DNA from: Octopus vulgaris
Lineage: Eukaryota
NCBI GenBank assembly: GCA_951406725.2
Contig: OX597835.1
Coordinates: forward strand, 47,678,001-47,742,000
Length of the DNA: 64,000 bases
Direction: 5' to 3'
The first letter of the stretch is position 1, and each line of letters opens with the position of its first letter. The notes under the pieces are model-generated. The model searched no databases and was not told the origin of the DNA. It saw only the letters and a list, made by a program, of their open reading frames with translations. Positions 45,439 to 56,895 of this stretch are shown here, one piece after another. Position numbers and translations under genes: made by a program.

Positions 45439-45994
45439 CATATATATCCATAATGAATTTGTTTGATTTGCTTCTCGAAGGTTTTTTTTCAGTTATATAT
45501 AACCTGCTTTTAACATACATGACGGTGCAAGGATGTTTTGCTACATATCCCAGTATCGAGTAACCTTTTGTTTAATTGCTGTTCATAATAAGAATATGGT
45601 AGCAGGACTATCAATGTTAGTATCCATGTATCTACATGCACACAAGCTCACACACACGTACATATATATACATACACACACACACACATATATATATATA
45701 TGTATGTATGTGTGTGTGTGAGTGTATGTATGTATGTATGTATCAGAGTATGAATCTCTCCCTTTCTTCTGATATCTATCTATATGCATATAAATTCCTA
45801 CATTTTTCGTCGGAGTTCTGTGAAAAAGTCTTCATGCAATGGAATGATCCAAAGAATTATATAGTTTGGCACTGAATATTTTGACATTTCCAATTTACAT
45901 ACATACAAACATACATACATATATATAAATACTTACATGCATATATGCGTACATACGTACATACATATGGATATCATATATATATGTATATATA

Positions 45995-46033
<39 letters not shown>

Positions 46034-46069
46034 CATGTAAATATATATATATACATACATGTATATTTA

Positions 46070-46116
<47 letters not shown>

Positions 46117-46149
46117 ATATATATATATATATAATACATACATACATAC

Positions 46150-46184
<35 letters not shown>

Positions 46185-46200
46185 TATATACATACATACA

Positions 46201-46304
<104 letters not shown>

Positions 46305-46889
46305 TATATTTACTTTCATATAAGTATGTATTTATAGAAATATATTCACTGCCAGTAAAAAATGAAATGAAATAATGACAGCATAAAAAGGGCATTATTA
46401 AATGGGGAGGTGGGGAGGGTTCAGAAATGATCAAAACCATACAACGAAAAATAAAGGAAAAATTAAGGAAAATAAAGTTGGTGACTAAATTTAAAGACAA
46501 CAACAACAACAATAATAATGATAATAATAATAATGATAATGATAAGAAGAACAATATACAACAAAAAACTATGACACAAACGTCAATAACAGAAATAAGA
46601 GAAAAAAAAGTATATCCCTACACCAAACTCCATTTCAACCCAGTCATTTTAAAAAAAACATTTACGACATAGAGAAATAGGAAGAACTATTAAAAAAACG
46701 GTAAAAAAGGGGAAAAAAAAAATATAAAAAGAACAAAAATGAAACAACAATGAAACCAGAATATTCACAGACACATCTCTGTATCCGCCCCGCCATGCAC
46801 CCGTTACCTCCCCCACCTTTCTGCTCCCCGATAGAGGGAGTAAGAAATGCGTAATAGCAATAACAATAAGAATATTGATAGTAGCATTG

Positions 46890-46938
46890 AATAATAATAA
46901 TGATGATGATAATAATGATGATGATGATGATGACGATG

Positions 46939-46972
<34 letters not shown>

Positions 46973-47004
46973 CGATGATGATGATGAGGATGATGATGAT
47001 GATG

Positions 47005-47041
<37 letters not shown>

Positions 47042-47051
47042 GGATGATGAC

Positions 47052-47091
<40 letters not shown>

Positions 47092-47142
47092 ATGATGAGG
47101 ACGTTGACGATGATGATGACGATGACGATGATGATGACGATG

Positions 47143-47211
<69 letters not shown>

Positions 47212-47224
47212 GTGATGATGATGG

Positions 47225-47259
<35 letters not shown>

Positions 47260-47316
47260 GTGATGATGGTGATGAGTGATGATGGTGATGATGATGATGA
47301 TGACGATGACGATGAC

Positions 47317-47358
<42 letters not shown>

Positions 47359-47407
47359 AGTGGTGGTGGTGGTGGTGATGATGATGACGATGATGATGAT
47401 GATGATA
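46890..47407. repeat. (ATG)n array
   Basis: Seen directly. Confidence 0.98.
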
Positions 47408-47949
47408 GCGGCCGTTGTAAAAAAAATAAATAGAGAAAACAAAGAAAGAAATTGATAAAGAAGGAAAAGAAATTCATTCTAATAGTATTGAAATTACTGC
47501 TAAGTCTTCCTTAACTCTATCAAAAAGCCATCAAAATTCAACACAGAAAGCCTTAGAGAAATCGTGAAGTAAGTTAGAATTTCTTGCCTCTGTCTTCGCA
47601 CCAATATATATTCCCTGGGTGCTTTCTGAATTGCGTTTCGCGAAGATATTCTCATTCTATCCTATCTATCTATAGCCAGTTCCTCCTTCTTATTATTCCT
47701 CGTCTTATTCTTCTTGTATTTCTTCGCCTCTTTCTTCTTTTCCCCCCTCTTCATCTTGTTGTTGTTGTTCTTCTTCGTTTTCTTCTTCTTCTTCGTCTTC
47801 TTTTTCGAATTGTTCGATATCGTCAGCGGGAAGTACCTGTCCGCATTGCAGATGACAGGTGCCAACAACAGATTATTTATTTATGTATGCGCGCGTGCAA
47901 ATGTATATGTATATGCATTTGCACATGTGTGTATACATATATAATGAAG

Positions 47950-47984
<35 letters not shown>

Positions 47985-48230
47985 CGCATGTATATATACA
48001 TATATATGCATATATATATATATATATATATGTGCATATGAATATATATATGTATATATATATATATATGCATATATATATATATATATGTGCATATGAA
48101 TATATATATGTATATATATATAGATATATATATATACATATATATGCACGCACCAAAATATGCAAATATGTATACATATATACACATCTATGTACATGTA
48201 CATATTTGCAATTATTTCTATGTATATGTA

Positions 48231-48264
<34 letters not shown>

Positions 48265-48625
48265 TAGATAGATAGATAGATACATATACATTCATACATA
48301 TATATATATACATATAAACACACAATCATACATGCATATATATACACACTTCGTGTACATATTTGTTTATGTGTAACGTGTATGTACACGTATGTGTATG
48401 TAAGTGCGTATACATGTTATATAGACATATATAAACATACACACGTAAACACACACACTCACACGTAAACACACACACTCACACATATATATATATATAC
48501 ATATATGTATATAAATACACTTTACACGCATGTGTATATGTATACATATACATATATATATGTATATATACATTTTGTAAGTATATGTATATATATATAT
48601 GTATATATATACACATCTATTTACC

Positions 48626-48664
<39 letters not shown>

Positions 48665-48962
48665 ATAGATAGATAGACAGATAGATATAATGTACAAGTG
48701 CAGGTGTATATGTTTCTATCTATGCATATATATGTGTGTGTGTATATATATGTGTGTGTGCGTGAGTTATGCGTACACATGCATCATTGCTTGGCATTTG
48801 CTATACACCACCACCACCACCACCTCCTCCTCCTCTACCATCATCATCATCATCATAAGCAGCAGCGTGTGTTGCTGTTGTCGTTGTTATTTAAATGGTT
48901 ACAGTTGTTGTTGTAATTTATTAAAAGTGGAACATGCAGCGACGACGACGACAACGATGAAG

Positions 48963-49046
<84 letters not shown>

Positions 49047-49483
49047 TGAACACAGCACCATCGTAAAATGTTCTCAAGGAACTCTGAAAGTTAACGAGAC
49101 GTTGGTGTTGTTGATGGTGGTGACGTTGTTGATGGCAATGTAGTTGTTGTTGTTGTTTCTTGGATAGAAGTGGTAGTGGTTGCCATTGTAGTGGTAGTTG
49201 TGGTAGTTGTGGTGGCGGTGGTGATAGTGGCAGGGGTTGCATTGGAAAATTAGGGTCCAGTTGGTTGTTATGTTTATCCTATTGGTGGTCGTGTCGTTGG
49301 CTGTGATTGCTGTTGTGTTGATCGTGGCATTACTGGCGTTGATTGTGGTTTTGGTGGTAGTATTGCTGTGGTGTACGCTGTGGTATTGCCTGAGGTATAT
49401 ATACTGATGCTACGACCACACTCACACACACATACGTGCATATGCACGCGCACACACACATGCGTTAGTGGCATTGTTGATGC

Positions 49484-49529
<46 letters not shown>

Positions 49530-49770
49530 GGTGGTGGTGGTAGTGGTAGTGGTAGTGCTGGTGTTGGTGGCTCTGATTATGGCAGTCGTGATGGTCGTAG
49601 TGTAGTCCTTACGAAGTACTTTGGTGGTTGAACATTGGATGGCGACTTTCGTACTCCTGTTAGTTCTAGTGTTGCTTGTATTGTTGCATGTCTTGGCAGC
49701 GGTTCTTGCAAATATTTGTTGGTACCGTTGAAGTGATTGTAGTCACAGCAGTAGCAGTAGTATTATTATT

Positions 49771-50691
49771 GGCACCTAGAATGTCGTAGAGGGCGCTCAC
49801 AGCTCTCTACCAGTCGGGCAATGGGATCTGTGGATGTTCCGCTTTAGACATTTATAGAGGATTAGTGGCGGTGAAGTGCGACGACGTTCTTGGAGAGACT
49901 CTGGACGCCGATAAGAACGAACTTGCTAGTCTGTTCCGGAAGACTTTCCTGTCGGGTACTATCGTGGATAATTTCCTGATGTCCTTGGCCTGTCAGTGCT
50001 ACCGGAGGGGCACAACCAGTTTGAGATAAACTCTACAGGTACGGATGTGTGGTCAGACGGGCTTGTCCGAGGTGCGCGCAGAGTGACGAAACCGTTCTGC
50101 ATGCTTTCATTCAGTGTCCGGGAATTACTAACCTGTGGGGTCATGTTGAACAGCTGCTGTCACGCGTGGGACGGAGCCATCTGTCGGCTGAGTATGTAGT
50201 AATGATCACACCGCTGACTTTTAATCAAGCAGGCAAGGCAGTTTTCCTTTGCCTGGTGGCGGTAGCGATAGAGAATGTTTTCTGGACAAAGCTGAAAGGC
50301 CTGAGGATAGATACATTCCTCTTTGGTAGAGCTCTCATTTGACTTCTGCAAGTTTCACTTAAAAATGAAACTGTCTTCGAGTGAGTTTATTGAAGGTGGG
50401 TAAAAGTTGCCGAAATGACAAGAGTGGGTGGTACCTCTCTAAGCTAAGTGTAGACCTGTGAGTCGCAGAGAAGGAATGGTAGAGGGCACTTGCTCGTAGG
50501 GTTTCAGGAAAATCTTGGACAGAGGGTTTCCTCGATTATCCCTAGAGGCGTTCCTGTATCAGGAAGGTCATATCTCTAACATCCTCACCGCCCCATTTTT
50601 ATTACTTCATTAATTATATGTAAACCCTCACACTTTGTTTGTCTTTGTATTGCCCTCGCCTAATCCTTTGCCCTTGTGGCAAATACATTTC
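49771..50691 (+). mobile_element. 5'-truncated L1/Tx1-clade LINE: ORF2 C-terminus and 3' UTR, disrupted
   Basis: RACPRCAQSDETVLHAFIQCPGITNLW is the C-x2-C...ET..H....C zf-RVT-type zinc knuckle. The 3' end is gcccttgtggcaaataca, and (ATT)n lies on both sides. Confidence 0.9.
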
Positions 50692-50710
50692 ATTATTATT
50701 GTTATTATTT

Positions 50711-50897
50711 TCATTAACACCTTCCTTCAATTCTGTTTCCATTTCTTGTCGAGTGTCTTCCTGACACCTAGGGCAGAGAAACTAACTGCAAACATTGCTA
50801 GGCCATTAAAATAAACACACTGACCTATTTGCATCTATCTTTCTGTCAGTTTGAATGGTGAAGTTCCAGAGGAGTGAGGTGTGATCATTTTCAAGCA

Positions 50898-50898
<1 letters not shown>
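50711..50898 (-). mobile_element. Possible R4/Dong-like 3' UTR fragment between (TTA)n tracts
   Basis: A complex 190-bp block is bounded by (TTA)n on both sides. The class is inferred by analogy only. Confidence 0.35.
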
Positions 50899-50927
<29 letters not shown>

Positions 50928-50930
<3 letters not shown>

Positions 50931-51330
50931 ACGTCAGACAAAATACTTTGAGATATTTTGTCTCTCTTTACGTTTTAAGTTCAAGTTCCACCAAGGTGGA
51001 CTTTACCTTTTATCCTTTCGAGATGGATAAAATAAGTACCAGTCCCGTGCTGGGTTCGATATAATCGACGTATCCCCGTCCTCAAAATTGCTAGCCTCGT
51101 GCAAAAATTTGAAATCATTATTATTGTTGTTATGAAGATGGCAAGCCCATAAATAAGGCTTAGTGGCATTTCGTCCGCCTGTTGAGTTCAAATTCCACCG
51201 AGGTCGACTTTGCCTTTCATTCTTTCGGAGTCGATAAATTAAGTACCAGTTGAGTACTGGGGGCGATGTAATCGACTATACTTCTCCCCTCAAATTCCAG
51301 GCTTTATGCCTATAGTAGAAAAAAGATCAT
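50928..51330 (+). mobile_element. Two tandem SINE family B monomers (about 50928-51117 and 51135-51330)
   Basis: Both have agttcaa(g/a)ttccacc(a/g)aggt and taagtaccagt. The two monomer tail types are each represented once. Confidence 0.85.
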
Positions 51331-51374
51331 TATAGAACAGAATGGAGTAAGAACAGACACAAAAACGAAAAGTA

Positions 51375-51525
51375 TCACTGAAGAGGTCACGGATGTGTAA
51401 CGTCAGATTTCCGGACAATGGACATGAGTTAAAAGAATAAAATAAGAACAGAAATAAACGAGTGAAGAAAAATATATATAGAGCGCGTGTTTATTTGGCA
51501 AAAAAGTGACCATCCAAAAATAGAA

Positions 51526-51530
<5 letters not shown>
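51375..51530 (+). mobile_element. PLE-type pseudo-LTR-like element with a decayed hammerhead motif; its 3' end recurs inverted at 52060-52153
   Basis: CTGAAGA g gtcac-ggatgt-gtaac GTCA (GAAA lost). It is homologous to 8036-8195. Confidence 0.6.
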
Positions 51531-51612
<82 letters not shown>

Positions 51613-51614
<2 letters not shown>

Positions 51615-51881
51615 TATGTTTGACTTTTGCTTTATATTTGTACAAGTTGGCTCCAAGTCTCACCCAGAGACCTCAAGAGACAACAGGTTGGAAGTTCATG
51701 TTGTTGTTGTGCCTAGTGTGCCATATATTTGTTTTTTTTTTGGTGTTGTACTAGTGAATGTCTAAAAAAAAAAGCGAAAATTATGTTTGTTTTAAACCTT
51801 GAGATTACATAGAAAGTATTTTGCGTAGGATATGAGCAGTTCCCATGAGCACTAACTTTTGAATTTCTGCCATTTTTGGGA

Positions 51882-51882
<1 letters not shown>
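51613..51882 (-). mobile_element. 5'-truncated R4/Dong-clade (RLE) retrotransposon inserted in (TAA)n
   Basis: 51882-51805 translates IPKMAEIQKLVLMGTAHILRKILSM*, the QK..L.GTA.ILRK C-terminal motif of R4/Dong ORFs. A ~190-bp 3' UTR follows, and perfect (TTA)n lies on both flanks. Confidence 0.88.
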
Positions 51883-51934
<52 letters not shown>

Positions 51935-52819
51935 GTAGTAGTAGTAGTAGTAGTAGTAGTCTTAGTAGCAGCAGTTAGTCATAGTTATTGTTGTAGTAGT
52001 TGTAGTGGTTGTTGTTGAAGACGTAGCAGTAATACTAGTAGTACAATAATAATAATAATAATAATAATGTTGTATTTTTGGATTGTCATTTTTTTTGCCA
52101 AATAAACACACGCACTCTCTATATTTTCTTCACTCGTTTATTACTGTTCTTATAGAAGTAATAGTTTTGTGGTGATTGTGGAGGGGGTTCTGATGATAGT
52201 GGTGGTTTTGGTATTCACTGAGGTGCGATTAAATGTTAAGTCTGGTTGTGACGCTGCTGTTGAGGAGCAGGTGATTGGTGGTTGCGCATTGCCACAGTAC
52301 AGGGTGAGAGAGGGTCGAAGGAGCAAGGGCGAACGTAGGATGTAGGAAGAGGGACGAAATAAAACGGCGAAAACAGGAGCGAAGGAGTTTTAACTTTGTT
52401 TTTTGTTATTCATTTAATTATTTATTTATCAATTATTTTATTTATTTGCAACAGGGTATTTATTATTAAATAAGAAAACGGAAGACGAAAAATAAATAAC
52501 AAAATGCAATGGCGAAGAACCAGGACGAGGAAGAGCGACCGAACAAAGGACAAGCGTTGAGTAAACGAAATCAAAATGGAAAGTGAGGAACCCGCTATGA
52601 AGGTCAAAGCGAGAGAAGAAGTACATAATATAATATTAAAATCTTGACAGGTATTCTTACGTAGAGAGGCCGAAGTCTGTGCAACAATAGGAACCGTAAA
52701 TGTAGCTTAATCAACATCATACGGAGCTGACTGACACCGTGTTCCTACACGCGGCTGCCCCCATGGCGTGTTGCTTTGCGTTGCGTGGATCCAATTGTAT
52801 TCGACGTTGGAATCCGCTC

Positions 52820-52989
52820 AAAAACTGCTAAATTAACGTCAAAAGCAAGCAGGACATTAATCTGTGGACTGCTGCGACCGTGTAATTGTTATTCCTTCTA
52901 AAAACCTCCCATCGTTTTCCTAATTTGCCCATGTAATCTTCTCTCCATTGGTCGTCCTTGTGGCAAATAAAAGAAACGCTATTTACTAT
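52820..52989 (+). mobile_element. Probable L1/Tx1-like 3' end with an (ATT)n tail
   Basis: It ends gtccttgtggcaaataaaagaaacg, similar to 50670-50686 and 41878-41900. The 5' boundary is uncertain. Confidence 0.5.
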
Positions 52990-53439
52990 TATTATTATTA
53001 TTATTATCATTATTATTATTATTATTATTATAGTAAATAGCGTTTCTTTTATTTGTTATTGTTATTATTATTATTATTATTATTATAGTAAATAGCGTTT
53101 CTTTTATTTGTTATTGTTATTATTATTATTATTATTATTGTTGATATTATTATTATTATTATTATTGTTGTTGTTGTTGTTGTTATTATTATTATTATTA
53201 TTTATCATTATTATTATTGTTATTATTATCGTTATTATTATTATTATTATTTATCATTATTATTATTGTTATTATTATCGTTATTATAATTGTTGTTGTC
53301 GTTAGTGTTATGATAGTTGCTAACATCATCATCGTCATCAGCATCAATGTTTTTGTTGCTGTTTTTATTGTTGTTGTTGTTGGTGGTGTTATGATAGTTG
53401 TCATCAACATCATCATAATCATCATCATCCTCATCATCG

Positions 53440-53470
<31 letters not shown>

Positions 53471-53502
53471 GTAGTAGTAGTAGTAGTAGTAGCAGTAGTA
53501 GT

Positions 53503-53565
<63 letters not shown>

Positions 53566-54058
53566 TTCCATTTAACTGCTTCTCCCTGCGTGGGGCCCGT
53601 GCCTCGACTGTGTATAGAACCTGTCATATAAATGATCAAAAACTCGTTTGTCTCCAAAAGTCGGTTTTGCTGTTGACGTTGTTATTGCATCTGCTGTTGC
53701 CACTGTTGTTGTTGTTGTTGTTGTTGTTGCTGTTGTTATTGTTTTATCTTATATTTGATTTGCATGCTTTTGTTGTTGTTATATTTAAAGTTGGCCGTTT
53801 CTTATTGGCTGATTCGGCTGTCGATGTGTCGCCTTTGCAGCTCTTCCTCTTTTTCTTACATTTTCCTATTTTCACAATTTATATTTGATGCAGCTTTTTT
53901 CCCCCTCATTTATTCATATTTGGTCACTTCAAGTTGTTAGCAAATAATTACGGCTTTTAGTTTGTAGTAGTAGTAATAGTTGTTGTTGTTGTTGTTATTG
54001 TTGAAGACGTAGCAGTTGTACTAGTAGTTATCTTAGAAATAGCACCAGCAGCATTAAT

Positions 54059-54336
54059 GTGGAAGCACTCCGTCGGTTACTCCGGTTGATCCGATCAACG
54101 GAACAGCCTGCTCGTGAAATTAACGTGTAAGTGGCTGAGCACTCCACAGACACGTGTACCCTTAACGTAGTTCTCGGGGATATTCAGCGTGACACAGAGA
54201 GCCCTGCCGGAGCCTCGTGGAGCTTTTAGGTGTTTTCGCTCAATAAACACTCACAACGCCCGGTCTGGGAATCGAAACCGCGATCCTACGACCGCGAGTC
54301 AGCTGCCCTAACCACTGGGCTATTGCGTCTCCACAG
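54059..54336 (-). mobile_element. SINE family C, tRNA head, tail type Y, with a probable 12-bp TSD
   Basis: The head is shared with 43500-43630. Flanks are agcagcattaat (54047-54058) and agcatcattaat (54337-54348). Confidence 0.88.
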
Positions 54337-54671
54337 AGCATCATTAATAGTAGTAGTAGTAATAGTAGTAGTAATAGTAGTGGAAGTAGTATTAGTAGTA
54401 GTGGTAGTGGTAGTGGCAGTAGTACTTTAACACTAATGGGGTTGGTAGTAGTGGTGGTGGTGGTGTTGGCGGCGGTGGTGGTGATGGTGGTATGATGATA
54501 ATGAGGATGATGATGATGATAGTGATGTTAGCGGCGGATTCGGCGGCAGTGGTGGCAGTGGTGATGGCAGTAGTGGTGGTGGTAGTTGTGAGGAGGAAGA
54601 GGATGAGGAAGACGGGGAAGACGAAGAAGAGGAGGAAAATACAAGGAATGATAATTGCAGCAACAAGAAGT

Positions 54672-54812
54672 ATAACAGTAACACGAACATTGAGGGCTGT
54701 TAAGCCAGAACGAATGAAAAAATATTTCCATTATATTTTCAAATTATATTTTCAATATTTTCAAAAATATTCGTTCTGGCTTAATAGCCCTTAATGTTCG
54801 TGTTACTGTTAT
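54672..54812. repeat. 44-bp inverted repeat with 2 mismatches and an AT-rich spacer
   Basis: ataacagtaacacgaacattgagggctgttaagccagaacgaat (54672-54715) pairs with 54769-54812. Confidence 0.95.
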
Positions 54813-55206
54813 TCTCCTTCTCCTGTCTTTTACTGTTTGTATTTTGTATTGTTTTTACTGTCCTGTTTTTGTTACCATTTTTACCCCTCCGCAAAAAATC
54901 TCAAATTATATTTAATTTGCTTTTGCGGGAAGGACTGTTTCAATGAAGACCTGTCTTGCCTTTACCTTCGAAACGCGGGGTAGATGAAACAGAGGTGGTT
55001 GAAGAAGGGGAATGTTCCTTGTGTTGTCTTGTATTCTATTTTTTCGTTAAGAAAAATGTCCATTTCCTTGGTTTTGTGTTTATGTTTTCGTTTCTCATTC
55101 TGTAGGTACGTACATATATGTATGTATATATGCATATGTTTTATTTATTAATTTGTTATTATATGATAGAACGCATATCCACATCTAAATAAGTTTTATC
55201 TTAATA

Positions 55207-55239
<33 letters not shown>

Positions 55240-55254
55240 GTGTGTGTGCATACA

Positions 55255-55445
55255 CATCCATAAATATACAAACAAAAAAAAAAACACAAAAACATGAGAG
55301 CGTGGTACATGTAATGTATAAGCAGACGCTCGGGGAAGGAGAGAAAGATGACTTAATGTTTCGAGCAACGCTCTTCTTCAGAAACAGAGGAAAGTCCAAT
55401 TGAAATGAAGATGGGAGAAGAAAATCGCCAACAATTCACATGTGG
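55255..55445 (-). mobile_element. Short PLE-type non-coding element with a minimal hammerhead-like motif (55351-55385)
   Basis: The minus strand reads gttt CTGAAGA a gagc-gtt-gctc GAAA ca TT aagt. It is homologous to 32200-32400. Confidence 0.7.
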
Positions 55446-55728
55446 ACACATTTTGAAATATACATATATGTGTGTGTGCTTGTGTGTGTGTAAGTGTGTG
55501 CACGAGTATCTTTGTGTGTGTTTTTGTGCTCCATCACCGCGTAATGACCGGTGTTGGTATGTTTACGTCCCCGTAACATTTTTAACGCTTTGAATTAAAT
55601 GTGACCACTTTGCATTGAGTCTGCAGTTTGAATCACTTTAAACAAATTTTAGCAGGCCGGATTTTTGATCATCACGATACATCGCCAGCGACTCCCTGAA
55701 ACTCTCCCCTTAAATCCCCGTTGAGAAA

Positions 55729-55815
55729 TCTATTATATATATAATAATACTTTGAATGTGACTCCTGAGAAAGAGTAAAAGTAATTATCCGATGAACGAC
55801 GGGTATTACTGCTAG
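55729..55815 (+). mobile_element. 87-bp candidate mini-Helitron
   Basis: A|TCtattatatatataa ... atccg-atgaacga-cgggt hairpin, attactg CTAG|T. It has a 5' TC, a 3' CTAG, a subterminal hairpin, an A/T insertion site and no TSD. Confidence 0.6.
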
Positions 55816-55980
55816 TATATATATAAATAACATTTATTATTATACATATATATGTATGTGTCTCTATCTATATCTATATATATATTTATATATGTATATC
55901 TGTATATATACACACACACGCGCACACACACACACACACGCACACACACACACACGCATATATATATATATATATATATG

Positions 55981-56114
55981 TATTAGGATTTAGAAGCAAC
56001 AGAGTGACTCAAGAGCCTAAAGTTTCGTGATTTGGCATTTATCAAAATGATAACTACCCACGCACGAAACTCTCGGCTCTTGAGTCACTCTGATGCTTCT
56101 GCTAAATATTAATA
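55981..56114. repeat. ~134-bp imperfect palindrome with 38-bp core arms at 55992-56029 and 56063-56100
   Basis: agaagcaacagagtgactcaagagcctaaagtttcgtg versus rc agaagcatcagagtgactcaagagccgagagtttcgtg. The spacer also partly pairs (ttatca-aaa-tgataa). Confidence 0.95.
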
Positions 56115-56857
56115 AAGAAAATATAGATATACATATACTTATATCTTGGTGTGTGTGAGTGTGTGTGTTTGTGTATGTGTGTGTGAATGCACACGCAACA
56201 GAGACACGCGGATCTGTTCTGATTCATGTAAACATATGTGAATCACTTTTTCTATAACATTCTTGCGCATGAATACACACGTACACACACAAACACACGC
56301 GTGCACACACACACACACGTGCACACACACACACAAGTGTACACACGTATGCATCAACAAGAACAAAAGGTCAGTGGTCGGTTTGCATCAAGTGGAATTT
56401 ATTGAATAGCTTTGAGAAAGGAAATAGAAGAGAAAGGGGTAAGGGCCTATCCGTGAGCCCTTACATCGACCTTTTAATTACGGCAAGGTACATCGGAAGA
56501 ATGGATGAAAGAATGAACAAGGTAATGCAATAAAATGAACGAAACGAACGAAATGCAATAATAAATCAATGTAAAAATAGGGAGAGAACGATGGGGGAGA
56601 ATAAAAATGAGGGAAAGAGGGATGGTGAGAGTGATGAAAGAAAGAGAAAAGGAAGATGAGAGGAAAATAGAATGAAAGAATGAAAGGAGAAAAGAGAGAA
56701 TGAAAGAAGAGAGGAAGAAATAGGAAAAAAGACCACAAATAGTTACGAACGACAGACAGAAAAAGAGAAGCAAATGCGAAGAAAAGAGAAAGAATAAAGG
56801 AAGGAGGGAGAAGGAACGAAAACCTGAAAGAAGGAATACAAATGTAGGTAAAAATAT

Positions 56858-56895
<38 letters not shown>

